DNA of 64,000 bases from an uncultured Acidimicrobiales bacterium (lineage in GTDB: Bacteria > Actinomycetota > Acidimicrobiia > Acidimicrobiales > SHLQ01): assembly GCA_937969345.1 (NCBI GenBank), contig CALBVK010000246.1, positions 463 to 64,462 on the forward strand, in the 5' to 3' direction. Position numbers and translations under genes: made by a program. The notes below the pieces were generated by a model. It saw only the letters and a program-made list of their open reading frames with translations. It searched no databases and was not told the origin of the DNA. Numbering within the stretch: the first letter of the stretch is position 1; the number at the start of each line of letters is the position of its first letter. Positions 17,523 through 24,856 of this stretch are shown here, in pieces.

Positions 17523-18236
17523 TTACGGTTCGGGCAGGTATTCGATTGGGACGGCCAGCGTGACGCCACTACGGGCTTCTCGTCCAACAATGATTGCGAT
17601 GACCCGGCCGCTTGCGTCGACGACGGGACCGCCGGACCACCCGGGCTCGACCGCCGCTGCGATGACGTACACATCGGGCCGACCAATTCCGTATCCGGTA
17701 CCGGAGGTTCGGCTGATGATTTCTCCGGTGACGACTTCGATCCGCCCGCTCTCGGGGATTCCGGCGAGAGCGACTACCTGGCCAACGGAGCCGGAGTCCG
17801 GAGAAACGGACAGTGATTCGGGAAGCTGGTCTGCTGCGACTGCGGCCAGATCGTGCAGACGCGAGATAGCGACCGTGTCGAGGTCGAGTTGTTCGGTCGC
17901 TGGATCGCCGAGCAATGCCCCTCGGGCATCGATAAGGGCATGTGCGACAGAGGCGATACGGCCATCATCGAGCTGGAATGCGGTACCTCGTTGAAGGACG
18001 CTGTTTGCGTCGGTCGAGAGCCGAGTGATCGCATTTGTGTTGACCGAATCGGCACCGGCAGCCACGACCACCGCCGGTGCCAACTCGACATCCGGCAGAG
18101 CCGGATCCGACGTTGGGGTATCGTCGGCGGAGGCAACACCGAACATCGCAACAACAAGAAACCCAAATGCCATACCAACCAGCATTTGCATCTTGAGGCG
18201 CTTTGAGGCGCCTAGGCGATGACGCGTTACCTCCAC
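17523..18236 (-). CDS. Secreted trypsin-like (S1) serine protease
   Basis: Signal/TM segment MQMLVGMAFGFLVVAMFGVASA, His context SVAHAL, and Ser context EPGWSGGPVVDASGRVIAIIVG (GDSGGP-like). Alternative start 18191. Confidence 0.65.
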   Translation of the reverse strand: MEVTRHRLGASKRLKMQMLVGMAFGFLVVAMFGVASADDTPTSDPALPDVELAPAVVVAAGADSVNTNAITRLSTDANSVLQRGTAFQLDDGRIASVAHALIDARGALLGDPATEQLDLDTVAISRLHDLAAVAADQLPESLSVSPDSGSVGQVVALAGIPESGRIEVVTGEIISRTSGTGYGIGRPDVYVIAAAVEPGWSGGPVVDASGRVIAIIVGREARSGVTLAVPIEYLPEP

Positions 18237-18294
18237 ACGAAAAGGAATACCAGCCTTGTGGTCGGCACTTCATGGGCAATACGGCCTTGCCCCT

Positions 18295-18484
18295 AGCTCG
18301 CGGAGCGAACCGCAGGGCAACGGACGGTGTCGGCAGAAGTCCGACAAGGTCACCGAGAGCGGAGCTCGCGGAGCGAACCGCAGGGCAACGGACGGTGTCG
18401 GCGGAAGTCCGACAAGGTCACCGAGAGCGGAGCTCGCGGAGCGAACCGCAGGGCAACGGACGGTGTCGGCAGAAGTCCGACAAG
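18295..18484. repeat. 68-bp noncoding tandem repeat, 2.8 copies
   Basis: The unit AGCTCGCGGAGCGAACCGCAGGGCAACGGACGGTGTCGGCAGAAGTCCGACAAGGTCACCGAGAGCGG starts at 18295, 18363 and 18431. There is one A/G difference (18402), and the third copy is truncated after ...GACAAG. The period is not a multiple of 3. Confidence 0.95.
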
Positions 18485-18673
18485 TTATTGAAAGTCGAGG
18501 TGAAGGTGGTCGTCTTCTCGTAGGGCGAGGGCGCTGCGGAGGCCGTGTCCAGGTTCGCCGCAGATCCAGCATCCGGTGTCGTCTTCGGCGGTCCAGGCAA
18601 CTTCGCACGTGAGGCAACGGAACCGTACGCGTTGTTGTGCGAGGAGCGGTGTGGAGGAGGTGAGCGCCGGCAT
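18485..18673 (-). CDS. Possible small zinc-ribbon protein (62 aa)
   Basis: From ATG 18673: MPALTSSTPLLAQQRVRFRCLTCEVAWTAEDDTGCWICGEPGHGLRSALALREDDHLHLDFQ, with two CxxC pairs 14 residues apart. GC-rich third positions, TAA stop. No family recognised. Confidence 0.4.
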   Translation of the reverse strand: MPALTSSTPLLAQQRVRFRCLTCEVAWTAEDDTGCWICGEPGHGLRSALALREDDHLHLDFQ

Positions 18674-18705
18674 ACCGAGAGCATCGGCAAATCCGAAGAA
18701 GATGT

Positions 18706-18793
18706 AAGCGGCAGGGACCAAAGCGAATTTCGGCCCCCAAAGCAACGCAAGCGGCAAGGACCAAAGCGAATTTCGGCCCCCAGGGCCGAAATT
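18706..18793. repeat. 34-nt direct repeat (2 copies, 43-bp period) ending in an 11-bp-stem hairpin
   Basis: AAGCGGCA(G/A)GGACCAAAGCGAATTTCGGCCCCCA occurs at 18706-18739 and 18749-18782. The second copy pairs with 18783-18793 (AATTTCGGCCC-CCA-GGGCCGAAATT). A further hairpin GCAATGC-GAA-GCATTGC lies at 18798-18814, next to the tRNA 3' end. Confidence 0.85.
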
Positions 18794-18816
18794 TGACGCA
18801 ATGCGAAGCATTGCCG

Positions 18817-18890
18817 TGGGCCATACTGGACTTGAACCAGTGACCTCTGCCGTGTGAAGGCAGCGCTCTAGCCAGCTGAGCTAATGGCCC
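18817..18890 (-). tRNA. tRNA-Val (anticodon CAC)
   Basis: The minus strand reads GGGCCAT TA GCTC AGCTGGCTA GAGC G CTGCC TTCACAC GGCAG AGGTC ACTGG TTCAAGT CCAGT ATGGCCC A. This is a full cloverleaf: 7-bp acceptor stem, T-loop GTTCAAGTC, anticodon loop TT-CAC-AC. CCA is not encoded. Confidence 0.93.
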
Positions 18891-18908
18891 GGGATGGTGA
18901 ATCTAGCG

Positions 18909-19649
18909 CTAGTTGTCGGGAACGGTGTTGCTGCTGCCGGGAATCATCCGGGCCCAGCATAGGAAGAAGTCTTGGTCGGGGTCCTTCAACGGTTGGGTGT
19001 TCTCGGGACAGTTCCCGGCGTCGGGGGCGGTGCTGGTGACTTGCCCGTCGGACGTGCCCGATGCACATGACCGTTCGCGTGGCGAGTTTCCGACGAGGGC
19101 GAAGCAGTCGCCGATGTCCAGCTCGGCGTTGTTTTCGACCGCTGGGCGGCGGGAGTCGTCGCCGTTGTTCCCGGCAAACGCGGTCACTATCAGGATCCCG
19201 AGTACGAGTCCGAGAACGAGCAACACCGGCAGCGACGCCCAGACGCTGACGGAGCCGTCTCCTGGCTCGTCATCGATCGAGCGGGTAGCTCGCTGCTCGT
19301 TGCGTGGGGCTCCGGTGCTTGCAGCGGCTTTGGGCCGGGTGTTTTGGGTTCGTTGCTGGGCGGGCGGTGTCTTTGGCCGTTGGGTCGGCTGCTGGCGTGG
19401 CCTGGTTTGGTTTGTGGAGCTCCGAGGTTTGAGCGACTTGTCGTACTCGGACTTTTTCTTTGGGTCCGACAGCACGTTCCATGCGACATTGACGAGCTGC
19501 ATTGCTTGTTCGGCTTTGCGCGCCTCGGCTGGAGATCGACCTTGCTGACGGTCGGGGTGCAGTGCTCTGGCGCGCCGGAGGTATGCCTTGCGGATCTCCT
19601 GGTTGGTCGACCCGGGCTTTACGCCAAGGGTGTCGTAGTAACTGGCCAT
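18909..19649 (-). CDS. J-domain membrane protein
   Basis: N-terminal J domain YYDTLGVKPGSTNQEIRKAYLRRARALHPDR, then a Pro/Gln/Arg-rich linker and a TM helix VWASLPVLLVLGLVLGILIVTAF. The C-terminal domain carries 4 Cys. Confidence 0.75.
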   Translation of the reverse strand: MASYYDTLGVKPGSTNQEIRKAYLRRARALHPDRQQGRSPAEARKAEQAMQLVNVAWNVLSDPKKKSEYDKSLKPRSSTNQTRPRQQPTQRPKTPPAQQRTQNTRPKAAASTGAPRNEQRATRSIDDEPGDGSVSVWASLPVLLVLGLVLGILIVTAFAGNNGDDSRRPAVENNAELDIGDCFALVGNSPRERSCASGTSDGQVTSTAPDAGNCPENTQPLKDPDQDFFLCWARMIPGSSNTVPDN

Positions 19650-19877
19650 CGCAACCCAAACAGTATCGCTTGCACTGGTGCTAAACAGCGTCGGCCGGGC
19701 TCCCGACTACTCTCGTGAGCATGGCCCTGATCGCATGTGCCCAATGCGGCGAGCAGGAGAACCTCGATGGCGAGCGCGTTGGCGAGACGATCTGCGGTAC
19801 CTCTGCCCCGAATGCGAACCGGAGCTTCTTGCCGACTATCTCGCCAGCAAGTCGCCTCTTCCGCCCGACGAGCTGCC

Positions 19878-21197
19878 CTACTGAGGCCGCGAGCTGCTGT
19901 CGAGAAGTTCTGCTGCGACGGTTTCGAGGCCGGCTGAGCGCGACCCCTTGATCAAGACCGCGGTGTCGGCGTCGATCGAACCAATCGCTGCCATGACGTC
20001 CACCGCTGCCGGCTGGCCATAGAGGTCGGTGCCGACGGTGATGAGTTCGGCGCCGGTGGCGAGGGCCGCTTCGGCGATGTTTTGGTGGTCGTCGGCTTCA
20101 CTTTCCCCCAGTTCGGCCATGTACCCGAGCACCGCGATCTTGCGTGTTTGCGGCAGCCGGTCGAGCGAGTCGAGCGCTCCGGTCATCGATGTGGGGTTTG
20201 CGTTGTAGGCGTCGTTGATCACGAGCGCGCCGGTCGTCGTGTGCCGCACTTCCATCCGCCAGGGCGATACCTGGGCTTGGCTCAGCCCGGCTTCGACATC
20301 GGTGATACTCACGCCGAGCCAAAGAGCGGTTCCCGCAGCGGCGGCAACGTTGGTCGCCATGTGGGCACCTCGAGTGGACGGACGAGCCGTTACCGTCCCC
20401 CACTCGGTGTCGAGCACGAACGTTGCTCGCAGTTCGTTGTCGAGTTCGACCGAGCGCACGTGGATGCCAGCGTCAGCCGACGTGCCGAACGTTAGGACCG
20501 CGGCGTCTGTCCGGGTCGCCATCGCAAAGACGAGTGGGTTGTCTCGATTTAGAACGGCGAGTCCGTTGGTTGGAACGGCCTCGATCAGTTCGCCTTTGGC
20601 CAGGGCGATGTTCTCGATCGAGCCGAACTCGCCGGTGTGGGCAGCAGCGACGGTCGTGACCATGCCGATGGTGGGCGACGCGATGTCGCAGAGGTCCGCG
20701 ACGTGACCGATGCCCCGTGATCCCATTTCGATGATCGCCGCTTCGCTGCCTTGTGGCGTATTGATGAGGGTGAGCGGAACGCCGATCTCGTTGTTGAAAG
20801 ACTTGATCGATGCGTGGGTCGGCATCGTGGTTCGCATTGCACCGGCGAGGAGGTCTTTGGCCGATGTCTTACCGACCGACCCGGTGATCCCGATAACGGG
20901 GCCGTCGATTCGTTGTCTGGCGGCACGGGCAATATCGCGTAACGCCACCATGGTGTCCTCGACGAGGATTCCTCCGGCGACCGGTGTTGGACCGTGCGTG
21001 AGGTAGCCGCCTGCTCCCGAGGCCATTGCGGACTCGATGAAGTCATGGCCGTCGCGCTCGGCTACGAGCGGCACGAAGAGTTGTCCGGCCTCGATCGAGC
21101 GGCTGTCTTGGGTTGCGCCGTCGACCGTTCGGGAAGCGAATCCGGAGTCGCATCTCCCGTCGGCGATGTCGGTGAGTTGTTGGATCGTGAACTGCAC
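19878..21197 (-). CDS. murF: UDP-N-acetylmuramoyl-tripeptide--D-alanyl-D-alanine ligase
   Basis: Mur ligase motifs ITGSVGKTSAKD, a central domain, and the C-terminal DAYNANPTSM. The track ORF extends to 21401, but that extension overlaps the ddl start. GTG 21197 (VQFTIQQLTDIADG...) gives a typical MurF N-terminus; the start remains uncertain. Confidence 0.85.
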   Translation of the reverse strand: MQFTIQQLTDIADGRCDSGFASRTVDGATQDSRSIEAGQLFVPLVAERDGHDFIESAMASGAGGYLTHGPTPVAGGILVEDTMVALRDIARAARQRIDGPVIGITGSVGKTSAKDLLAGAMRTTMPTHASIKSFNNEIGVPLTLINTPQGSEAAIIEMGSRGIGHVADLCDIASPTIGMVTTVAAAHTGEFGSIENIALAKGELIEAVPTNGLAVLNRDNPLVFAMATRTDAAVLTFGTSADAGIHVRSVELDNELRATFVLDTEWGTVTARPSTRGAHMATNVAAAAGTALWLGVSITDVEAGLSQAQVSPWRMEVRHTTTGALVINDAYNANPTSMTGALDSLDRLPQTRKIAVLGYMAELGESEADDHQNIAEAALATGAELITVGTDLYGQPAAVDVMAAIGSIDADTAVLIKGSRSAGLETVAAELLDSSSRPQ

Positions 21198-21311
21198 GAT
21201 CGCAGCGTAGATCCGTGTCGCCCAAACACGCGGGAGGCTCTTGTTGGTTCCCGCGAACACAAAGGTTGCGCGGCAAGTCGTCGTCGACGTCGCGCAGCTA
21301 CTCTGTCTGCG

Positions 21312-22361
21312 ATGACGAATTCCAGCGCTCCATCTCGTTTGCTCGTGCTCTTCGGTGGGCAATCCGCCGAGCACGACGTTTCGTGTGTCACGGCGAAGCA
21401 TGTGCTCGATGCGGCACGCCGGGACCGGTACGACATTGTTCCCGTCGGCATTAGCCGCGACGGCCGATGGTCTTTGGCCGACTGGTCGTCCGATCTCGAG
21501 GCGCTCGATCCGTGTGGTACGCCCGTCGACCCGTTCACGATCCTTCGAGAGACCGCCCTCGCTGGTGGCGCCGTGCTCCCGCTTCTACATGGCCCAATGG
21601 GCGAAGATGGCACCCTTCAGGGCTTGTGTGAGATGGCCAATGTTCCCTATGCGGGATCTGGCGTTCTGGGTAGTGCGCTAGCGATGGACAAGATTGCGGC
21701 CAAGAACGCTCTGCTCGCTGCCGGTGTCCCCCAGGCTGCTTGGTTTGGGTTCAATGTCGATGAGATCACCGACGCCACCGCAACGAACCTGCTTCGCGAG
21801 CTCGGGAGCCCCGTGTTCGTGAAACCAGCCAATATGGGTTCTTCGGTCGGCGTGAGTCGGGCCGAAACCGTCGAGGAGACAAAGGCGGCCTTGGATCTTG
21901 CTGCGTCCTATGACGAGTGGATTGTTGTCGAGGAGGCCATCACCGGCCGAGAGATTGAGATCAGCGTCCTCGGCAACCGGTCACCGAGGACGTCGCTGCC
22001 TGGCGAGATCGTCGCTGGCGCGGACTTCTACACCTATGAGGACAAGTACCACGACGGTGTCGCCAAGCTCCTCATCCCGGCACCCCTCGATGATGCCGAG
22101 ATTGCGGAGATGGCGTCGATCGCCGTCGATGCGTATCGGGCGCTTCGGGTGGAGGGCTTGGCGCGTGCCGACTTCTTCTATGAGCCCGCCGGCCGCGGTT
22201 GGCTGGTCAATGAGCTGAACACGATGCCGGGGTTCACGCCGATCTCGATGTATCCAAAGATGTGGCAGGCATCGGGGCTCGAATATCCCGACCTGATCGA
22301 CGAACTCGTCGAGCTCGCCTACGAACGGGACACCAGGCGCAAACGAAACACAACGCGCTAG
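21312..22361 (+). CDS. ddl: D-alanine--D-alanine ligase
   Basis: From ATG 21312: MTNSSAPSRLLVLFGGQSAEHDVSCVTA..., an ATP-grasp core (PVFVKPANMGSSVGVS, ARADFFY...LVNELNTMPGFT). Divergent from murF. Confidence 0.92.
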   Translation: MTNSSAPSRLLVLFGGQSAEHDVSCVTAKHVLDAARRDRYDIVPVGISRDGRWSLADWSSDLEALDPCGTPVDPFTILRETALAGGAVLPLLHGPMGEDGTLQGLCEMANVPYAGSGVLGSALAMDKIAAKNALLAAGVPQAAWFGFNVDEITDATATNLLRELGSPVFVKPANMGSSVGVSRAETVEETKAALDLAASYDEWIVVEEAITGREIEISVLGNRSPRTSLPGEIVAGADFYTYEDKYHDGVAKLLIPAPLDDAEIAEMASIAVDAYRALRVEGLARADFFYEPAGRGWLVNELNTMPGFTPISMYPKMWQASGLEYPDLIDELVELAYERDTRRKRNTTR

Positions 22362-22372
22362 AACCACCACAG

Positions 22373-22490
22373 GCAAACACCGCGGGCAAACACCGCGGGC
22401 GAACACCGCCTCAGGCGTAAAGCCTGCGCCGTTCGCGCCGCTCACTAACCGCCACTGCGTGCGAACACCGCCTCAGGCGTAAAGCCTGCG
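22373..22490. repeat. Short intergenic direct repeats (14-bp tandem plus 30-bp dispersed pair)
   Basis: (G/C)AAACACCGCGGG(C) occurs in tandem at 22373-22400. GCGAACACCGCCTCAGGCGTAAAGCCTGCG occurs at 22399-22428 and again at 22461-22490; each copy contains the hairpin CAGGC-GTAAA-GCCTG. Confidence 0.85.
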
Positions 22491-22578
22491 TGGCGCTTGA
22501 ACGCTCCCCGAAGGGGAAGAAACGTGAGTTGCGTTCAACCGCCAAAATGACGACGGAGTCGTGGCGGTTGAAGGCAAC

Positions 22579-24846
22579 TCACCAGCCGCCGGAGCTGCCT
22601 CCACCGAAGCCGCCTCCGCCGCCTCCCCAGCCTCCTGAGCTGCCGCCGCCGAAACCTCCACCGAAACCTCCGCCTCCGCCGCCTCCCCAGCCACCGCCGC
22701 GGTGCGAGCGTCCGCCGCCGTGTCCTCGGAAGCCGCCGCCACCGATGATGATGCCGCCGCCGAACCCGCCGCCGAAGCCGCCGCGATTGTTGTGGCGTTG
22801 ACGGCGCTGCGCTTCTCGGTAGAGCTCGTCGGCGGTTACTTCGACCTGTTGCGCTTCGCTGATGGACTTGCGCGGGTCGGTATCGAGCGCGGATTGTGCG
22901 CGGTTGAGGTTGGCCCGCAGACGATCGATCGATGCCTGTGCTTCCTTTTCTCGGCGTCCGGAGAACATGTGGCTTTGGACGTGACGGTCAGCGCGATCTA
23001 GCGCCACGGTTGCGGACCGGATCTCGCTCTCGGCTTGGTGGCGCAGACGTTCGCGTTCGCCGACGGTGGTCTTGAATTCGTCGAGTTCGGTGTTGACGAT
23101 CGATTCGACCTGTCCAGCGAGTTCCATCGCCCGCAGATAGTCGGGTGGGCTGAGTCGCAATGCCTCTTCTGCGGCGCGTTGCGTGTCGACGACGCGTTGG
23201 ACGGTCTCGGGCGCCCGACTCGGCACGTCGTTGCGGTGTTCGGCGACGTAGTTGACCAACAGCTGAGCATCGTCGGCCGACGCTGCAACGGCGCTCGATG
23301 CTCCGCTCTTGGCTGCGGCGAGGAGAACATCGAGTTCGTCGAGTTCATCGAGCAGCTCGTCCGCGAGATCGACCGAGGTCTGAGCTTTCTCGAGCTCATC
23401 GTTGACCATCCGCATCGCTCCGAGATCCCTGGGGATCTCGCCAAGCGACTCGGCCTTAAGCAGGCTCTGTTCGGCGCGAGCGAGCTGGCGGTCCGCTTCG
23501 TCTGGGTGCGCCAGAACATCGTCGAACGAACTCGACGCGTGTGCGGCCACCCAGTTGTGCATGGTTGCTCGCAGTTGCATGACGCGGCCACGCTGGCCTT
23601 GGATCTCGGGCGCCATGTTGGAGCGCCTGACGCCGGTCTCGGCGTGGTGTTCTTCGAGTTCCTCGATGTCGCCTGCGACCGAGGCGATTTCTTCGGCGAT
23701 CGGCTCGAGGTCTTTGCCCATTGCATCGACATCGATTCGCATGGCGAATGGGTCGAGCAAGTCGAGCGCCGCAGCGAGCTCAGCGAGTCGTTGACGCCCC
23801 GAAGAAATCTCCCAACCTTCGGTCGCCCGCTGTTCAGCTGCGTTCAACCCGGAGGTGATCCGCTCACTGGCGGCTCGATGCTGCGCAGCGAGTGCGTCAG
23901 GTTTGCCGCGAAGATCGTCGATCACGGCTTCGAGGGCTGCAAGCTTCGTCTCGGCGTCCTCGGCAAAGCTCACCGCATCAGCGACATGTCCTTCGACCGT
24001 CGTTTGGTCTTCGATGCTGTAGCCACCGACGTCTTCAGGGGTTACTTCACTCACGGGCGACCACGCTTCGTATAGCGCACGCGATGCCTCGGCCGCCTCG
24101 AGTTGAGCGGTGTTGAGCCGGGCCATCGCTCCGCCGGTGATGCGCCCGCCAGCGATGGTCGCTTCCTGTTCGAGGTCGTACCAGCGCGCCTGGATGTTGG
24201 TGACGCGGTTGGATGACTCGGCGAAACGATCGGCGGCGACTTCGCCTCGAGACGTGCGTGTCCGGTTTTTGGTGTAGATCCATGCTCCACCTCCGACGAG
24301 TGCGGCGGTACTGAGGATTCCGCCCGCGAGCGGCGCCGTGTAGCTGGTGGGTGTGGTGCTGAGTCCCTCGACCGTGCCGCCGACACCGCTCGACAGGCCA
24401 GCGCTGATCTCCCCGTTAGCGAAGAAGACGTTCATTCGCCCCACGATGTCGTTGGAGTCGTCGTCAAGCCGCTCGTCGAGGTCGTCGCCATAGGCGACGA
24501 CGGTGTGGCGATCTCCGGTCGATACCGCGAGTAGCACCGTGTTGTCGGCCACGTTGCCGGGGCTGTTGAAGATGGCTGGACATTCTGCTCTCACCTGACC
24601 AGCAAGTCGAGAATCGAGGCTGCCGCTACCGGCGATGATCTCGTCGGTAGCGAATACGGCAAAATCGACTCCGGTCTCCTCCTCGGCGGACTGGATGGCC
24701 GCTCGCAGCCCGGACTCGTCGGCGAGCGAACCCAGGTCGTCCGTCAAGTCACACGCATCTGCTTGAGCTCCCGCCGTGGACGGTATGAGGACACCGAACA
24801 CCATCACGAGACATGCAATACCCGAATACAACCAGCTTCTTGCCAT
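22579..24846 (-). CDS. Large TPM-domain membrane protein with a long helical region and a Gly-rich tail
   Basis: Signal MARSWLYSGIACLVMVFGVLIPSTAGAQA, then a TPM/DUF477-like domain (LRAAIQSAEEETGVDFAVFATDEI...NTVLLAVSTGDRHTVVAYGDDL) and a TM helix. About 450 aa of Ala/Glu/Arg-rich helical sequence follow, then a C-terminal GGFGGGFGGG... tail. ATG 24846 chosen (GAGG upstream, no overlap with the upstream gene). Confidence 0.7.
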   Translation of the reverse strand: MARSWLYSGIACLVMVFGVLIPSTAGAQADACDLTDDLGSLADESGLRAAIQSAEEETGVDFAVFATDEIIAGSGSLDSRLAGQVRAECPAIFNSPGNVADNTVLLAVSTGDRHTVVAYGDDLDERLDDDSNDIVGRMNVFFANGEISAGLSSGVGGTVEGLSTTPTSYTAPLAGGILSTAALVGGGAWIYTKNRTRTSRGEVAADRFAESSNRVTNIQARWYDLEQEATIAGGRITGGAMARLNTAQLEAAEASRALYEAWSPVSEVTPEDVGGYSIEDQTTVEGHVADAVSFAEDAETKLAALEAVIDDLRGKPDALAAQHRAASERITSGLNAAEQRATEGWEISSGRQRLAELAAALDLLDPFAMRIDVDAMGKDLEPIAEEIASVAGDIEELEEHHAETGVRRSNMAPEIQGQRGRVMQLRATMHNWVAAHASSSFDDVLAHPDEADRQLARAEQSLLKAESLGEIPRDLGAMRMVNDELEKAQTSVDLADELLDELDELDVLLAAAKSGASSAVAASADDAQLLVNYVAEHRNDVPSRAPETVQRVVDTQRAAEEALRLSPPDYLRAMELAGQVESIVNTELDEFKTTVGERERLRHQAESEIRSATVALDRADRHVQSHMFSGRREKEAQASIDRLRANLNRAQSALDTDPRKSISEAQQVEVTADELYREAQRRQRHNNRGGFGGGFGGGIIIGGGGFRGHGGGRSHRGGGWGGGGGGGFGGGFGGGSSGGWGGGGGGFGGGSSGGW

Positions 24847-24856
24847 GCCTCGGACC

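Noticed and set aside
18295-18484. Whether the 68-bp repeats are a CRISPR array.
   Set aside because: The copies are directly abutting with no spacers. The unit is too long, and no cas genes are nearby. It is a plain tandem repeat.
21198-21401. 68-codon N-terminal extension of murF reaching 21401.
   Set aside because: It would overlap the ddl start (21312) and the shared promoter region. The extension is Arg/Thr/Ser-rich junk, and MurF-like sequence begins near GTG 21197.
22490-22801. 103-aa Pro-rich ORF (PPPKPPPPPP...).
   Set aside because: It is the reverse complement of the GGC/GGA-rich codons encoding the poly-Gly tail of the TPM-domain protein. It is a mirror-image artefact, not a gene.
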